A DNA stretch of 63,874 bases, from contig NC_092389.1 of the NCBI RefSeq assembly GCF_030028105.1, positions 64,748,851 to 64,812,724 on the forward strand, written 5' to 3'. The notes under the pieces were generated by a model, which ran no database searches, had not been told where the DNA came from, and worked only from the letters and a program-made list of their open reading frames with translations. The stretch's first letter is position 1. Each line of letters opens with the position of its first letter. This stretch comes from Mobula birostris. Its lineage: Eukaryota. Below are positions 49,100 to 62,200 of this stretch, piece by piece. The translations under genes and the position numbers were made by a program.

Positions 49100-50370
49100 G
49101 CAATTGCATATCCACCGTCAACCCTTTAAGTACCATTTGCCAGTCTATCTCAGCTAATTCACGTCTCATACCTTCAAAGTTACCCTTCTTTAAGTTCAGA
49201 ACCTTTGTTACTGAATTAACTATATCACTCTCCATCTTAATGAAGAATTCCACCATATTATGGTCACTCTTACCCAAGGGCCCTCGCACGACAAGATTGC
49301 TAACTAACCCTTCCTCATTGCTCAATACCCAGTCCAGAATAGCCTGCTCTCTAGTTGGTTCCTCGACATGTTGCTTCAGAAAACTATCCCGCAAAAGTTC
49401 CAAGAAATCCTCTTCCTCAGCACCCTTACCAATTTGGTTCACCCAATCTACATGTAGATTGAAGTCACCCATTATAACTGCTGTTCCTTTATTGCACGCA
49501 TTTCTAATTTCCTGTTTAATTCCATCCCCAACCTCAGTACTACTGTTAGGTGGCCTGTGCACAACTCCAACCAGCGTTTTGTGCCCCTTAGTGTTATGCA
49601 GCTCTACCCATATCGATTCCACATCCTTGGCTGCTGCTGCCTTCTCCTGATGAGACATCTCCCCCAACAGTATCCCAAACAGTATATCTGTTTAGGAGGG
49701 AGATGCCCCAGGGGACTCCTGCACTACCTGCCCACTGCTCCGCTGTTTAGTAGCCACCCATTCCCTTTCTGGCTGTGTAGCCTTTACCTGCGGTGTGGCC
49801 AACTCACTGAACGTGCTATTCACGACTTTCTGAGCATCACGGATGCTCCAGTATGAATCTAGTCGCAGCTCCAGCTTCTCAATGCGGTCTGCCAGAAGCT
49901 GCAGCTGGACACATTTCCTGCACACATAGTCGTCAGGGACACTGGAAGTATCCCTGATTTCCTATATGCTGCAGTAGGACCAAACCACGGGGCCGATCTC
50001 AGCCGTCATGACCTACCCAATACACTACAGCCTCGCCGCCTTCCTTGCTTCAAATAAAATACCGCTGCAGACCGTTTTCCTTTTAACGGAACTTACCCGG
50101 CCTTACCTCACTTGGAGTGAAGCTCGTCGTCAGCCTCCGCTCGCCGAAGCCTCTCGAGACAAAGCCTTCCTACTCTGTCTCCCTCTACTCTGTCGCCAGC
50201 TACAACGTCGCCCGCTCCGTCAAACTGCTCTCTTTTAAATACTCCCGCTGCCTCACGGTCTGACCTGCACGTGCTTGCGCAGTCCTGTCCCGATCAACGG
50301 CCGAGAAAAATGGCCGACTCTCACAAACTGCTCTCTTTTAAATACTCCCGCTCCTCACGGACTGACTTGC
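49100..50370 (-). mobile_element. CR1 5' portion (5'UTR, ORF1 start, endonuclease) with internal deletion
   Basis: ORF1 CRKCVQLQLLADRIEKLE; endonuclease VESIWVEL...HRPPN...GDFN...SDHN; duplicated CAAACTGCTCTCTTTTAAATACTCCCGCT in the 5'UTR. Confidence 0.85.
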
Positions 50371-50954
50371 AAGAGGACGGAAGATGACGAAACCTCCAAA
50401 TACAATTCCGAAATTTTAACATTATCTCAAGAGAATTGTCAGTCATATGTCCGGTCATATTGTATACTTTCCTTTCGTGGAGATCGTCTTACCTGCCAAT
50501 CCCTTCCAATCGTATCACAATATGACCTCCAGAAAACCTCTTTTGCAATCTTTTCCACTTTCCTGACCACGGCCTGTGTCGTGTTATAGCTAACAAGGTC
50601 GTTCGGAGACTGATGCTTCCTAATTTTCCTAAACGCCTTATTTCTCTCCGCAATTGCCTCTGCACAGTCCTCAGTCCACCATGATACAGCCTTTCTCCTA
50701 TTAATTCCGTTTGTAATGGGGATCACTTCCAACGCATTTTGCTGAGTAATGTGACATAATCTTTCATTGCAAAAATACACATCTTCCTCAACATTGCAGC
50801 CAGAGTTCCTTCCCTGCCCTTCAGTCGCCCAGTGGGAGGTTACTGCAGTTTAGGATGAAATGCGATGCTACCCAGCGGACCAATCACAGTTGTTGGTTCT
50901 GCGTTGCCGCGACTTTGCGTAGAGGTTGCGTCTACGCGTTAACAGACGCATGAA

Positions 50955-53900
50955 CGCGTGTTTGCCCGCGTGCGCGTGCGTGCGCGTCTGTGCGTCTGCG
51001 GCTGCGTGTACTTGCGTGCGTCCGGGATGATGTCTTTTTCACGGCTTCCACAAGGCGCTGAGCGAGAGAGAGCCTGTGTGGCGCGCCACTCCTCACAGAG
51101 ATATTTTCGCAGTATTTTCCCATTTATTTTACGAGGTCGAGTTGCGATCTCGACACTCAAACCGGCACGGATGGAAAGCGTACTCCGGAACGTACCCGAC
51201 TAGTTTCGGACCCGGGAGCCGATGTCGTTGCGCCACCAACCGGCCCCCACTACAATATCTTAATACCATTATGTACCTTCACAGGTCGACTGGATACAGA
51301 TACCCCACCCGTCAGAACTTCATTGACAGCTTCCCACACAACACCAGTTATACCAAAGATACTTTTCTGCAACTTTCACAATAATTTTAATTTCCTCAGA
51401 AGGACGAGATGTCTGATCAGTACAATTCACTATATCCGTTATAAACATCACACACTTAATTTTCTTTAGCTGTAAAGTACCGATAGTGAGAGAATTATGA
51501 TACCGACATATATCCACTGGCGTCACAGTCTGTTCTCTGACTGGGAACACTTTATCAACCTGCTCTACTTGCTGTACTTGTCCTTCAACAAGCCCTTCTG
51601 CTCACTGTGTTCTTCTGAACAAATTGAACTGGTCATTTCATTCCTTACTAAACCAATCCCTTCTGCCTACACAAGCTCCACACCCCTCCATTCTCCTCAC
51701 ATTCATGCGGTATCTAATAACCTCTCTCGCATCTGCCTCCACCACCACCCCTGACATTCACTCCAGACACTCACCACGATGGGTATGAAAAACAAAACTT
51801 GAAATGCACATCTCCTTTAAAAGTTCTGAGTCAGGTTTAACGTTATTGTCTTTTCTAAGTTGTCTTAGCAGCAGCTGTGTAATGAAATAATGCAAAATTA
51901 CACCAAATTACAAAATACTTAAACAGTGCAAAAAGGACCAATGAGGTGGTGTTCCCCCTTTCTCCTGAAGTACATGCTCTCTGGTATTGGATATATCCTC
52001 CTTGGAGAAAAAATACCGGCTGTTCACTCTCTCTGTGCCTCTCACGTTCCTGTAAACTTCTATCAGAATTCCCTCAACCTCGGCCGGTCTGGAGAAAATT
52101 ACCCTAGGTTCTCCAGTCTCACTGTATTCCGGCAACATCCTGTTAAGCCTCTTCTAATCACCATCCAAAACCGCCTCATTATTCCTGTATTAGAATGCAA
52201 TTCTCCAGATGCAACGTAACTGCCTGACACTGGAACCAATATCCGGAGTTGTGAACTCCGATTCCAAGCTCCCTCTGTAGATCAATACTGTCCAATCTCA
52301 CTCCATGAAATTAACCGCAAGGGGATAATGCTGAGCTCCCTCTGTAGATCAATACTGTCCAATCTCGCTCCAGGAAATTAACAGCAAGGGGATAATGCTG
52401 AGCCTTTATGAGACGCCAGTCAGGCCGCATTTGGAGCATTGCCAACGGTTTTGGGCCACATAACTCAGAAAGGATGTACTGCCGTTGGAGAGAGTCCAAA
52501 GGAGGACCACAAGGATGATCCGGGAATGAAGAGGGTAACATATGAGGGGCGTTTGTCAGCTTTGGGCCTGTACTCACTGGAATCAGTAGAATGGCGGCTG
52601 GGGGAGGGGGCGGGCGGGGGGGATCTCATTCCAACCTACCGAATGTTAAAAGAACGAGATAAGGTGGATGTGGACATGTTAGTTCCAGTGGTGGGGATAC
52701 CAAGAACTAGGGGAGCAGCTACAAATGTGAGGGGCCACCTTTCCAAACAGAGGTAAGGAGGGTATTATTTTTATTATTAACCAGTGTGTATTGGATCTGT
52801 GGAATACTCTGCCACAGACTGCGGTGGACGTCATTTCTATGGGTATCTTTAAGACGGAAGTTGATCGTTTCCTGATCGGTCAGGACATTAAAGGATATGG
52901 CGAGATGGTCAGCTGTATGGGGTTGAGTGCGATTCTGGATTCAGCCATGACTGAAAGGCAGCAGCCTCGATGGGCTGAATGGCCTTATTCTGCTCCTATG
53001 ACTTATGGCTTTTTGGACACAAGCCACATGAATCATGATGAGTCTCCTCTGCTGACATCCAGCACAAAACATCCTTTGGACAGAATGCCAAGCAGAACTG
53101 AATGCAACTTTTCAAGAACTTTGGCAAGTCAGGTAGCATCTATTGAGAGGAATAGAGTCGATGTTTGGGACAGAACCCCTCCCTTACAGCACTGACACCG
53201 GCCCTTCGGCCCAACCTTTCCATGCTGTCCTGTTGTCCATTTAAACTAATTGCTCTGCCTGCCTTTGACATAGAACATAGAAATCTACAGCACATTACAG
53301 GCCCTTCAGCCCACAATATTGTGTCGAGCATGTAACCTACACTAGAAACTGCCTTGGATTTCCCTATTGTATAGCCCTCTATGTTTCTAAGCTCCATGTA
53401 TCTATCGTAAAGTATCCTATTGTATCCGCCTCTACCACCGCCGCTGGCAGTGCGTTCCACACACCCACACCCTGTGTGAAAAACTGATACTTGACGCCCC
53501 CTCGATACCCATTTCCAAACACCTTAAAACTATGTCCCCTCGTGTTAGTAAATGCCTCTGGCTATCCATATGGTCAAAACCTCTCATCATCTGCTACACC
53601 TCCATCTGGATACGTCTCATCCTCCATCGCTCCAAGGGAAAAGGTCCAAGTTCACTCAGGCTATTCTCATGTGGCATGCTTTCCAATTCAAACAACATCC
53701 CTGTAAAGCTTCTCTGTACTACCTCGAAAGTATCCACATCCATCCTGTAATGAAGTGACCAGAACTGAACACAGTACTCCAAGTGGGGTCTAACTAAGGA
53801 TTTACAGAGACTCAAGATTCCCTCACAGCTCTTGAACTCAGTCCCACGGTTGATGAAGGCCATCACACCAGACGTCTTCTTAACAACACTGCCAACCTGC

Positions 53901-56711
53901 GCAGCAGCTTTGAGTGTCGTATGGACACGGACCCCAAGTTCTCTCTGGTCCTTCTCACTGCCCAAGAGTCTCACCATTAATGTTATATTCTGTGTTCAAA
54001 ATTGACCTGTCGAAATGAACCACTTCACACGCATCTGGGTTGAACTCCATCTGCCACTTCTCAGCCCAGTTCTGCATCCTATCTATTTCCCTCTGTGATC
54101 TCTGACAACCCTCCAGACTCTCCACACTCTCCACAACACCCCCAACTTCTGTATCATCAGCGGGGCCTTCTGGGAGTTGCAGTCATGAGACCGCGCATCA
54201 TCACTGGCTTCCTGCAAAAACATTTCTCCCCAGATACCACATATATCGCCGAACCGGATTCACAGAGAGGCTGAAGGAGAACCACGGCCGTCCTTGTGGG
54301 CACGGAGGCCGGCGACCACCGACAGCAGAAACTCGCTGCACTCCGACATGGCGATGGGGCGGAAGATGAAGGACTAAGTATGGGGCAGAGTTCCAGCCGA
54401 CCTATCGTAGCTCAAGCCACGTCTATGCCTTTCTTTCACTGGCTAAGATGTCTGTCGGTCAAATGAGATTTCACACGATGAATATTAATATAAACGTCAG
54501 GCAGCCTTGCAAACAGTTAAAGCGAAAGGTGATTAAGCGTTCCAAGTCAGAGAACAGACTGTGACGTCAGTCGACATATGACGTCATCACAATTCTCTCA
54601 CTAAAGATACAGGATAAAATTAAATTTGTAATGTTTATAACGATTGTGGTGAATTGTACTGTTCAGATATCTTGTCCTACTGAGGAAAATAAACTTATTG
54701 TCAAACCTGCAGAAAGGTTTCTTGGTGCAACTGGTGTTCTGTGGGAAGCTGTAATTGAAGCTCTGATAGGTGGTGTATCTGTATCCCAGTCTACTTGTGA
54801 AGGTACCTAATGGGATTAAAATATTGCAGTAGAATGCGAGAAGCCAGATTTATAATTTTCTAAACTTTAAGAAGTTTATTTCTGATTTCTCAGATGCTCC
54901 CGATGTTATATGTGTTCAGGAATCTGGTTATTTGCACATTTTAAGTTTTTATGTGTACGATTATATTGTTGTTCGGCTTGACAGGTTAGTTGGTAGAGGG
55001 GTGGCCAGTTTTACAAGCAAGTAGCAGGGTATAGCGTTGCGGATGTCAATGAAATGGATGTGGGATTTGTTGTAGAAATATGTGATTCAACAGGCAGGTG
55101 AACAAAAGTAATTAATTTTTACGACACTTGTGGAAAACTTTCTATTTATTTGTGAGAAAATGTATGTAGATCCCGCTCACCAAGGGTTATAGGGTGTGGG
55201 GATTTTAACGCAGTTAGTTCACTGGGTGCGATTTGCGGAATGATGGTAATGGTTTAATTGAAGAAGAGTTTTTCTACTCGTCTGTCTGAATGGGTACGAG
55301 ATATAATGTTCACAGTAGTTCTGGAACTGCAACAGAATGTTGAGGAAGATGCGTATTTTCACAATGAAAGGTTATGCCACGTTATTCAGCAAACTGCGTT
55401 GGAAGTGATTCCTCTCACAAATGGAATTAATAGGAGAAAGACTGCACCATGGTGGACTGAGGAGTGTGCAGAGGCAATTAGGGAGAGAAACAAGGCGTTT
55501 AGGAAAGTGGAGATGTATCAATCTCAGAGTGAACTTATTCAGTATAAAAGGACACAGGCCGTGTTGCGGAAAGAGGTGAAGATTTCGATAAAGGTTTTCT
55601 GGAGGTTATATTGTGATCATATCTGAAGAGACTGGCAGTTGAGACGTCTCCAGGAAAGTAGTGGTTGTAGTAGTGCCTGTTCTAAAACCTGGGAGCTCCC
55701 GGTCTGATCCTTCTAGTTGGAGGCCACTATCGTTAGGTCTCATTTATGTAGACGTATGGAATTTATAGTAATCGAACGCTTGAGCTATATTTTGGAAAAG
55801 AGAGGTGGTTTTGCGTTTTATCAGAGTGGATATCAGAAGGGTAGAATAACATTGGATTCAGTTTTATGTTTGGAAAATTATATTAGGAAAGCAGAGTTAT
55901 ACATATAGATATTGTAATAGCAAAATATTTTGATATTGAAAAGGCAGATGATATTCATGGAAGGACGGACTTTTGACTAAATTTTGGAAATGCGCTTGAG
56001 GGAACGATTGAATAATTTTCTTCTGAGTGTTTTATTAGGACATCCTGTGCAGGTACGGGTGGGCAAGTTATATTCGGGTTCTATTAGATAGAGACTGGGA
56101 CCCCACAAGGCAATATTTATTATTTCATATTATGATTAATAATGTTTTCTCTGAGATTGGTTCTGGTGTGTATAATTACTATCTGTAGATGATGGAGGTT
56201 TATGGATTGGAGGTAGAAATTTCAATTTTACTGAATATAGGATGCAATTAACAATTAATAAGGTCGAACAGTCGACAAATAGATGGGATTTATGCTTTCA
56301 GTGGCAAAAGAGCACAAGTCATGTGTTTTATAAACAGGATTAATAGACCTGTACTTGACCTGTACAGTGGGTGGTGGAAATTTGTTCATGTAAGGTTGTC
56401 ATTTGTTCAGACGCCTTTTCTGTTTTGAAGAGTCTTAAATCAGGTAATTCTCGCAGTAGGACAGATTTACTGTTGAAAACGCACCAAAAATTCTTTCCTA
56501 CACAAAGTACTATTTTATATGTTCACTTCTTATTGGTCCCTACACATAGAGGTTCAGTTACAAAAGCTGTTAAATTTTCAACTGTGGATAAGCACCTTCC
56601 ACCTCGCAAATCAGAAGCAAAGGGGTTGGTGGTTAAGATTTATAGCAAGACTGTTGGGATAATGGACCTCAAAGGAGACACCTTTACAGAATACTAGCCA
56701 CTGGGGTGACC
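50955..56711. repeat. Right arm of the large inverted duplication
   Basis: Reverse complement of 6393-13510 minus the CR1 insertion. It has a private 67-bp tandem duplication at ~52268-52402. Confidence 0.95.
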
Positions 56712-58274
56712 AGCTGACGGCACCCTTTGAGAGAAGGGTAGTGCAGTCTGATGTGACCAGAATGAACATTAAATTTTCCTGAATGCTATTGGTATCGCTT
56801 TGCTTCCGAAATTGAAAAAGAAAACCTCAGTTTATTAAAGAAGAACGACGCGTAGCAAGGCAAATATAGCTCCTCCTCGTTTAACGAAGGACACTTTGGA
56901 TGGCATCATTTCTGGTTGATCTGCCGCCCCTGTGCCTGTGGTTGTCATTCTGGTGACGTGCAGCCCTTTCATCCGCCGTCTCTTCATCTCTTCTGCTGTT
57001 TGTTCTTTGACTCTGATCCTGGAGACGTGCATTTCTCAGCTCCTTTGTCGCTTCATCTCTCCTCCTTCTATGCCAGTTGTTGTCATTTTTGAGACGGGCA
57101 TGCCTCTCCTCCTCTGTCTCTTCTTCTCTCATCTTTTTTGTCCTGACTCTTTCATCCTGGAGTCGTGCGGCCCTGGGCTCATCCGATTCTTGTTCTCTCC
57201 CTCTCCTTGCCGCTTCCCGACGACGTTTAGTGTCATAATATCCCCCTTCTCTTTCCACACGGCATAATTAGGCTGACTATATTTTCTTTACCCTAATGCT
57301 GGGATAGTAACACCGCAGCTTCCAAGATCCTGATTATTCCTGATGATGTTGTTGGCGCTCTCCTAAATGGACGTGACATAGGCACCGATGTCCCTTGACT
57401 GCAGCAAGGGTTTTGATGGGTGTCTCGAAGTGCGTCATTACAATAAGATTTAATTATCTCTTATTGATGGGTGGCAGTTTGATCTGTCCCGATCCTGCAT
57501 ACGCTGATGAGGATTAGCAGGAAGTGACCGCACGAAATGCAGCTGCCCTGCCCTTTTGCTCCGCTTGGTGTCGCTGCTGTGAGCATCGTGAGTCGCTGCT
57601 GAGGCTGGCCGTGCGCATGCGTCGTGGTGTGGCGTCGCCGTTTCCATCATGGCTGACATCGACTCTCGGTTGAAAGCAGGCCTATTGATTTTTGCGAGTG
57701 AGCAATTTTATACGAATATATAGCCCTGAACTTTGCCTGCATTCTGTAAGTTAGCGCGTTTTACGTCGATTTAGCCAATGCACTGTTTGCGCTAATTGGA
57801 AGTCACGAACAGAGCATGAGAGTTTTAGTTTACTTTATTGTTGCCAAACAATTGATACTAGAGCGTACAATCATCACAATGATAGCTGATTCTGCGCTTC
57901 GCGCTCCCTGGAGTAGAAATCGGCAGTAAATATTAAAAAAATAAATTATAAATCATAAATAGAAAATAGAAAAGAGAAATTACGGCAGTGCAAAAAAAGA
58001 CGAGAGTCAGATCCGGATATTTGAAGGGTACGGTGCAGATCCGGGACAGGATCCGTTCAGCAGTCTTATCACAGTTGGAAAGAAGCTGTTCCCAATTCTG
58101 GCCGTACGAGTCTTCAAGCTCCTGAGACTTCTCCCGGAGGGAAGAGTAATGAAAAGTGTGTTGGCTGGGTGGGTCGTGTCCTTGGTTATCCTGACAGCAC
58201 TGCTCCGACAGCGCGCGCTGTAAAGTCAGTCCAAGGACGGAATATTGGTTTGTGTTTAGTAGTATATAGATAGA
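56694..58274 (-). mobile_element. Non-autonomous Helitron encoding STPR-type 23-aa repeats
   Basis: Minus strand 5' TCTATCTATATACTACTAAA...; 3' hairpin GGGTGCC...GGTCACCC followed by CTAG|T. Inserted at A|T without TSD in a LINE that resumes on the far side. ORF 56881-57258 has four 23-aa ET/SxExRxARL repeats. The 5' end is 58270 or 58274. Confidence 0.8.
57830..58254 (-). mobile_element. Rex1/Babar-type LINE 3' fragment nested in the Helitron, TSD TTTAGT
   Basis: Minus strand DTTHPANTLFITLPSGRSLRSLKTRTARIGNSFFPTVIRLLN; TTTAGT at 57824-29 and 58255-60. Confidence 0.75.
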
Positions 58275-58429
58275 TAGAACTGTTAGGTTTATGGGGGAAG
58301 GGGATAAAACAAGAAGACAAGGAATTACATTGACATGACTTAGAATTTGACACACTGTGTTTCATTGTTCCTTCGTTCGTGTTGGAAAACATCACTCTGG
58401 GTCGTGTAGTCTTCATTTGAAAGCTTTCT

Positions 58430-59205
58430 TAAGTTATTGCAGTAACTTCAATTTAATTCAGGGTATTGTGTTTCGTTACTTACAATCTATAGGACTTTTG
58501 GGGGTAATTTAGGTTTCATTTGAAAAAGGAAGCAGTGAGGGCTTTATTTCCCAATTGCCTGCACCACACTCCAGTCCATTTCGTGGCCGGAATGTGGCTT
58601 TAATTTGTGTTGTCTGTCCTATGCAAACCCCGCCCTAGTACTTCCTGTCAGCCAATCATTCAAGGGGAAAGCGGAGACTGGTGTGATTGACATTGGATTA
58701 GCCCAGAGCATCCGACGAGATCCCCGCCACTTTGTGGCAACATCGGGCTGTGGGTTCGGTGGGCGGGAATGGGAATAGATGGACATTTCCACAGACTAAT
58801 GTGCGGGGGGCATTCCGGAGTACTTTTTTGACAGACATCTGACGGGACCAATGAGATGACGAGTCTCCCGGACGGTGCTTTGCCCCTCCCCCACAAACAG
58901 TCTCCTAATGTTCCGGAGCTGCCGGTCGATGGGACAATCCGCCCGGGGATAACACTTTGGAGATCAGGCGGTGATTGTGAGGAGCCGGAGCCCGGACTGG
59001 GACATTGCGGCCGCCTCTGGCTTGTGCTCAGCACGGGGCTTTATTAATGAACTAAAGCCCCGAGCTGACCTGACATTTCAGCGCGCTGATCCCCTGATAA
59101 TTTCTGACAGGCACAATCCCCACGGTGACAGATTATGATTAAATTCATGAATTAAAATTTAGACCATTTGTGGGAGTTAGTTTGCCCCAACAAAGGTGTC
59201 TGATC
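58430..59205 (-). pseudogene. Gene-body-deleted paralog of GPCR gene 2 (promoter block fused to last codons and 3'UTR)
   Basis: The reverse complement of 58900-59095 aligns with 46135-46330 (TCAGCGCG.TGAAAT...GTTCATTAATAAA...CCAGAGGCGGCCGC...GATTGTCCCATCGACCGGCAG). 58440-58640 aligns with 46690-46860, including AATAAA. 59105-59205 aligns with 43505-43600. Confidence 0.82.
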
Positions 59206-62200
59206 AATTGAATATGCTTCCACGGTAAATCTGCCTTGAGACTCATCACAGCTTCAAATCAGCACACACCCCACATGCACGTTAGATTATCCCAGAGCAA
59301 GAATCATTTCACACAATGGCTGTCTCCTTTGGAAAAAAACAACAACAAAAAAAAAAAACTGTGGTCAACGTTCATATTACATTTATTATTAAAGTCTGTG
59401 TACATGGGAAAAACATTGCATTTGAAACACCTCCAAATGCACCAGGTCCCCGAACTCAGTGTTCACCCCTGAATCCGCCAACACACCCATTCTTCATATA
59501 TCTGCAAATCGGTGTGCACCCACAAATCTGTGCTCACCCACAGACCCACATTTAACCCTCAAATCGCTGTGCACCCCCAAAGCAACTGACACCCCAAAAT
59601 CCCTGTGCACTCACAGATTCGTTTGCATACCCCTAAATCTGTACACATCCGTAAAGCCGCGCGCACCCCAAATCCGAAAGCACCCCCAGATTCACCGACA
59701 AATCCGGAAATATGCGCACACCGCTAAACTGGTGCCTACTCCAATCAGTGCATATATGAGACTATCACAGAGCAGGAATCATTTCAGACACTTCACAAAA
59801 CAGCTGCCTCCTCCTTAAAAACAGCAAGAGCAAAGTTTAAATTGCAAACACACGTCCACATGCGTATTCCCCATATAATCATTGACATCTGTGCACCTCC
59901 CCAAACCCATCTTCACCCCCGTGTCAGTGGGTGCCCCAAAATCCAGTGACACCCCCATATTCGCCAAAACATTCCTAAATCAGCGCAATCCTCAAATCTG
60001 TGTGCAGCCCGAAATCCATGTTCACCACAAACCTGACAACAGGCACAAGTCTACCAACATACACAGATCCGTGCGCACCCCAAACTCGCTGACTCCTCCA
60101 TCTGCAGATTAGATTATCTCAGAAGAATCATTTCAACCATTTCTCAAAATATCTGCTTCCAACTTAAAAAAAAAAATAGCAAGAACAGAGGTCGAAGTTC
60201 AGGTTGCATTTATTATTAAACTATGCAACAATGAAACAACCTCCAGATTAAAAACACCTGAAAATCCACCGGGATTCCCATATCTGCAAATCTGTGCGCA
60301 CTCCCCAATCTGTGCACATCCGCAAGCCAGCATGCAAACCACAACTCAGTGTTCACCCCCAAATCAGTGTGTATCCCCAAATCTATGCGCACCCCCAAAC
60401 CTGCAGACACCTCGAAATCCACCCACATACCCACATCTGTTCTCACCCCAAACCCGCTGACATCCCCACATGCACATTAAATTATCACAGAGCAAGAATC
60501 ATTTCAAACACTTTACAAAATGGCTTCCTCCACCACAAATTAAGTAGCAAGAACAAAGCTCAAATTTTGAAGTGTATTTGTTATTAAAGTATCTATAAAT
60601 GAAACAGCCTTGAGATTCATTACACCGCGAAATCCAATAACTACCCAAATCCGTGTACATCCCCAAAATCACCGAGACACCCAAATTTGGGCGCAGCCCT
60701 AAATACTCCCAAATCTCTGTGCACCCTCTTCACGGCGTAGCTACTGAGAACACACGGCCATCCTGTCTACTCAACACTCCACTCCCCCGCCTATTCTGTA
60801 GCACACAAAAAGGGAACAAACAGACCTCTCTCGGAAACCATAAGCCGTTACCTTCTGACAGAACATTGGATCTTTCCAAACAGTGAAGAATTACACAACA
60901 TCCAAAATTTACTGTGCGTGTCAACCGTCATCACAGTGCGGGGTGGGAGATGTGGGGACGGGTGGGTGCCGGGCAAAGCGAGCTACAGGAAAGGCAGGCA
61001 AAGCGATCGGCAGAACGGGCGAAAGAGACAATAAGGGAGAGAAGAAGAGCAGTGAATGGGCAGGGTAGGGAGGAATGTGCGGAGGAAAGAGTGGGGCAGC
61101 GGGGAAGAGAACGGATAAGGAGAGGAGGACATAGAGAAAGAGATTGAGGCGCGCGCTCTCTCTNNNNNNNNNNNNNNNNNNNNNNNNNNNNNNNNNNNNN
61201 NNNNNNNNNNNNNNNNNNNNNNNNNNNNNNNNNNNNNNNNNNNNNNNNNNNNNNNNNNNNNNNNNNNNNNNNNNNNNNNNNNNNNNNNNNNNNNNNNNNN
61301 NNNNNNNNNNNNNCTCACCCCTGCCTATTCTGTAGCACATAAAAACTGAACAAACTGGCCTCTCCCAAAAACCACAAGCCTTCATATTCTGAGAGAACAT
61401 TGCCGCTGTCCAAACAAGAAGAATTATACAACATCAGACAACTCACATTGCGTGTCAACCGCTATCACAGTGCGGGGTGGGGAGTCCCAGCAAACCGATT
61501 GTTAATTTTCTCTGCACTCTTTCAATTGTGTTGATAATTTTCCTGCGGGCAGGTAACAAAAACTGCACGTAGTACTTGAAATTGAGCCTCACCAACGTCT
61601 TATACAACTTTAGTGTAATATCCTATTTCCTAGAGATAGCAGTTTCAAAGAAATAGTCTTAAAGTCTTGACTATTAGAAATCAAGCTTCTCCATTGTACA
61701 TTTTTTTTTCTGATGGCTTTTATCTGGACGTCTTGTAAAGGTATGGGTGGTCAAGTATGACATTGAATTCATTTTTATGTTTGGAAGATAATAATAGGAA
61801 AGCACTGTTAAATATCGGTGTAACGGCAGTATTTCAAAATTCAAAAGGCAGATGGTATTTATGGAAGGAAAGACTTTTTTTGATATTATCGAAATGAGGA
61901 TGGAGGGGGTGATCAACTTTTTCAATTTTACTGTATATAGGATGTATTCGGAATAATATGGTCAAGCATTCAGCAAATGGAGAAGGTTTAAACTTTCAGT
62001 AGCTACAGGACAAGTTATGTGTTTTACAAACAGGATTAATGGACCTGCAGTTGATTTGAAATGATCGCGTCAAACTCCTTAAAAGGTGTCTGTGGTAAGA
62101 TTTCCAGGCATATGGATGGATAATAAGCTGACATGGAAGCTCCAGATCAGAAAATAATTGATAAATATAAAGAAACATTAAATATTCTTAGTCATCTCTA

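Noticed and set aside
6393-56711. Giant TIR transposon or Polinton carrying the receptors
   Set aside because: The arms are mosaics of decayed LINEs. No intact transposase, pPolB, capsid or TSD was found.
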